DNA of 64,000 bases from an uncultured Verrucomicrobiae bacterium. Its GTDB lineage: Bacteria; Verrucomicrobiota; Verrucomicrobiia; Chthoniobacterales; UBA10450. The notes below the pieces were generated by a model, which worked only from the letters and a program-made list of their open reading frames with translations, had not been told where the DNA came from and did not search any database. A program made the position numbers and the translations under genes. The stretch spans positions 864,001 to 928,000 of the forward strand of contig CAVYXA010000001.1 of the NCBI GenBank assembly GCA_963772365.1, written 5' to 3'. Positions 63,949-64,000 of this stretch are shown one piece after another (within the stretch, counting starts at the first letter, position 1; every line of letters begins with the position of its first letter).

Positions 63949-64000
63949 TCTGCTTACTGAAGGGCGGGAGGAAGTTTGCCAATCAAATTCTTGATCTTCT

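Overview
A ~55% GC (by eye) bacterial chromosome segment. Gene content suggests a soil Verrucomicrobium (Chthoniobacterales-like; inference from the VPDSG-CTERM-type protein, ECF sigma + Ser/Thr kinase pair and A|FTLIE prepilin). It is mostly housekeeping (glgB, xseA, ruvB, purH, glgC, lpxD, fba, parA, holA, aroB, ymdB, infC, glgP, nuoBC, sat-cysC, truA, ruvX). Many single-base frameshifts, densest in the first ~19 kb, look like sequencing errors. Main leads: (1) a FabF-fold ketosynthase lacking both canonical catalytic His, translationally coupled to two paralogous histidine kinases and divergent from a REC-kinase; (2) an orphan LanB-N/PEARL-like gene with no precursor or elimination domain, coupled to parA-holA; (3) sigma54-type promoters ahead of three signalling genes, two sharing an identical 19-bp core 48 kb apart; (4) a CGTAACC-N17-CAGTA motif ahead of both the kinase and a large secreted protein, a candidate promoter for the local ECF sigma; (5) a 30-bp palindromic element found both inside a REP-like repeat and in-frame inside the kinase gene; (6) two small basic ORFs missed by the ORF track. 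I saw no tRNA, rRNA, CRISPR array or transposase. All calls are by eye; no searches were run.
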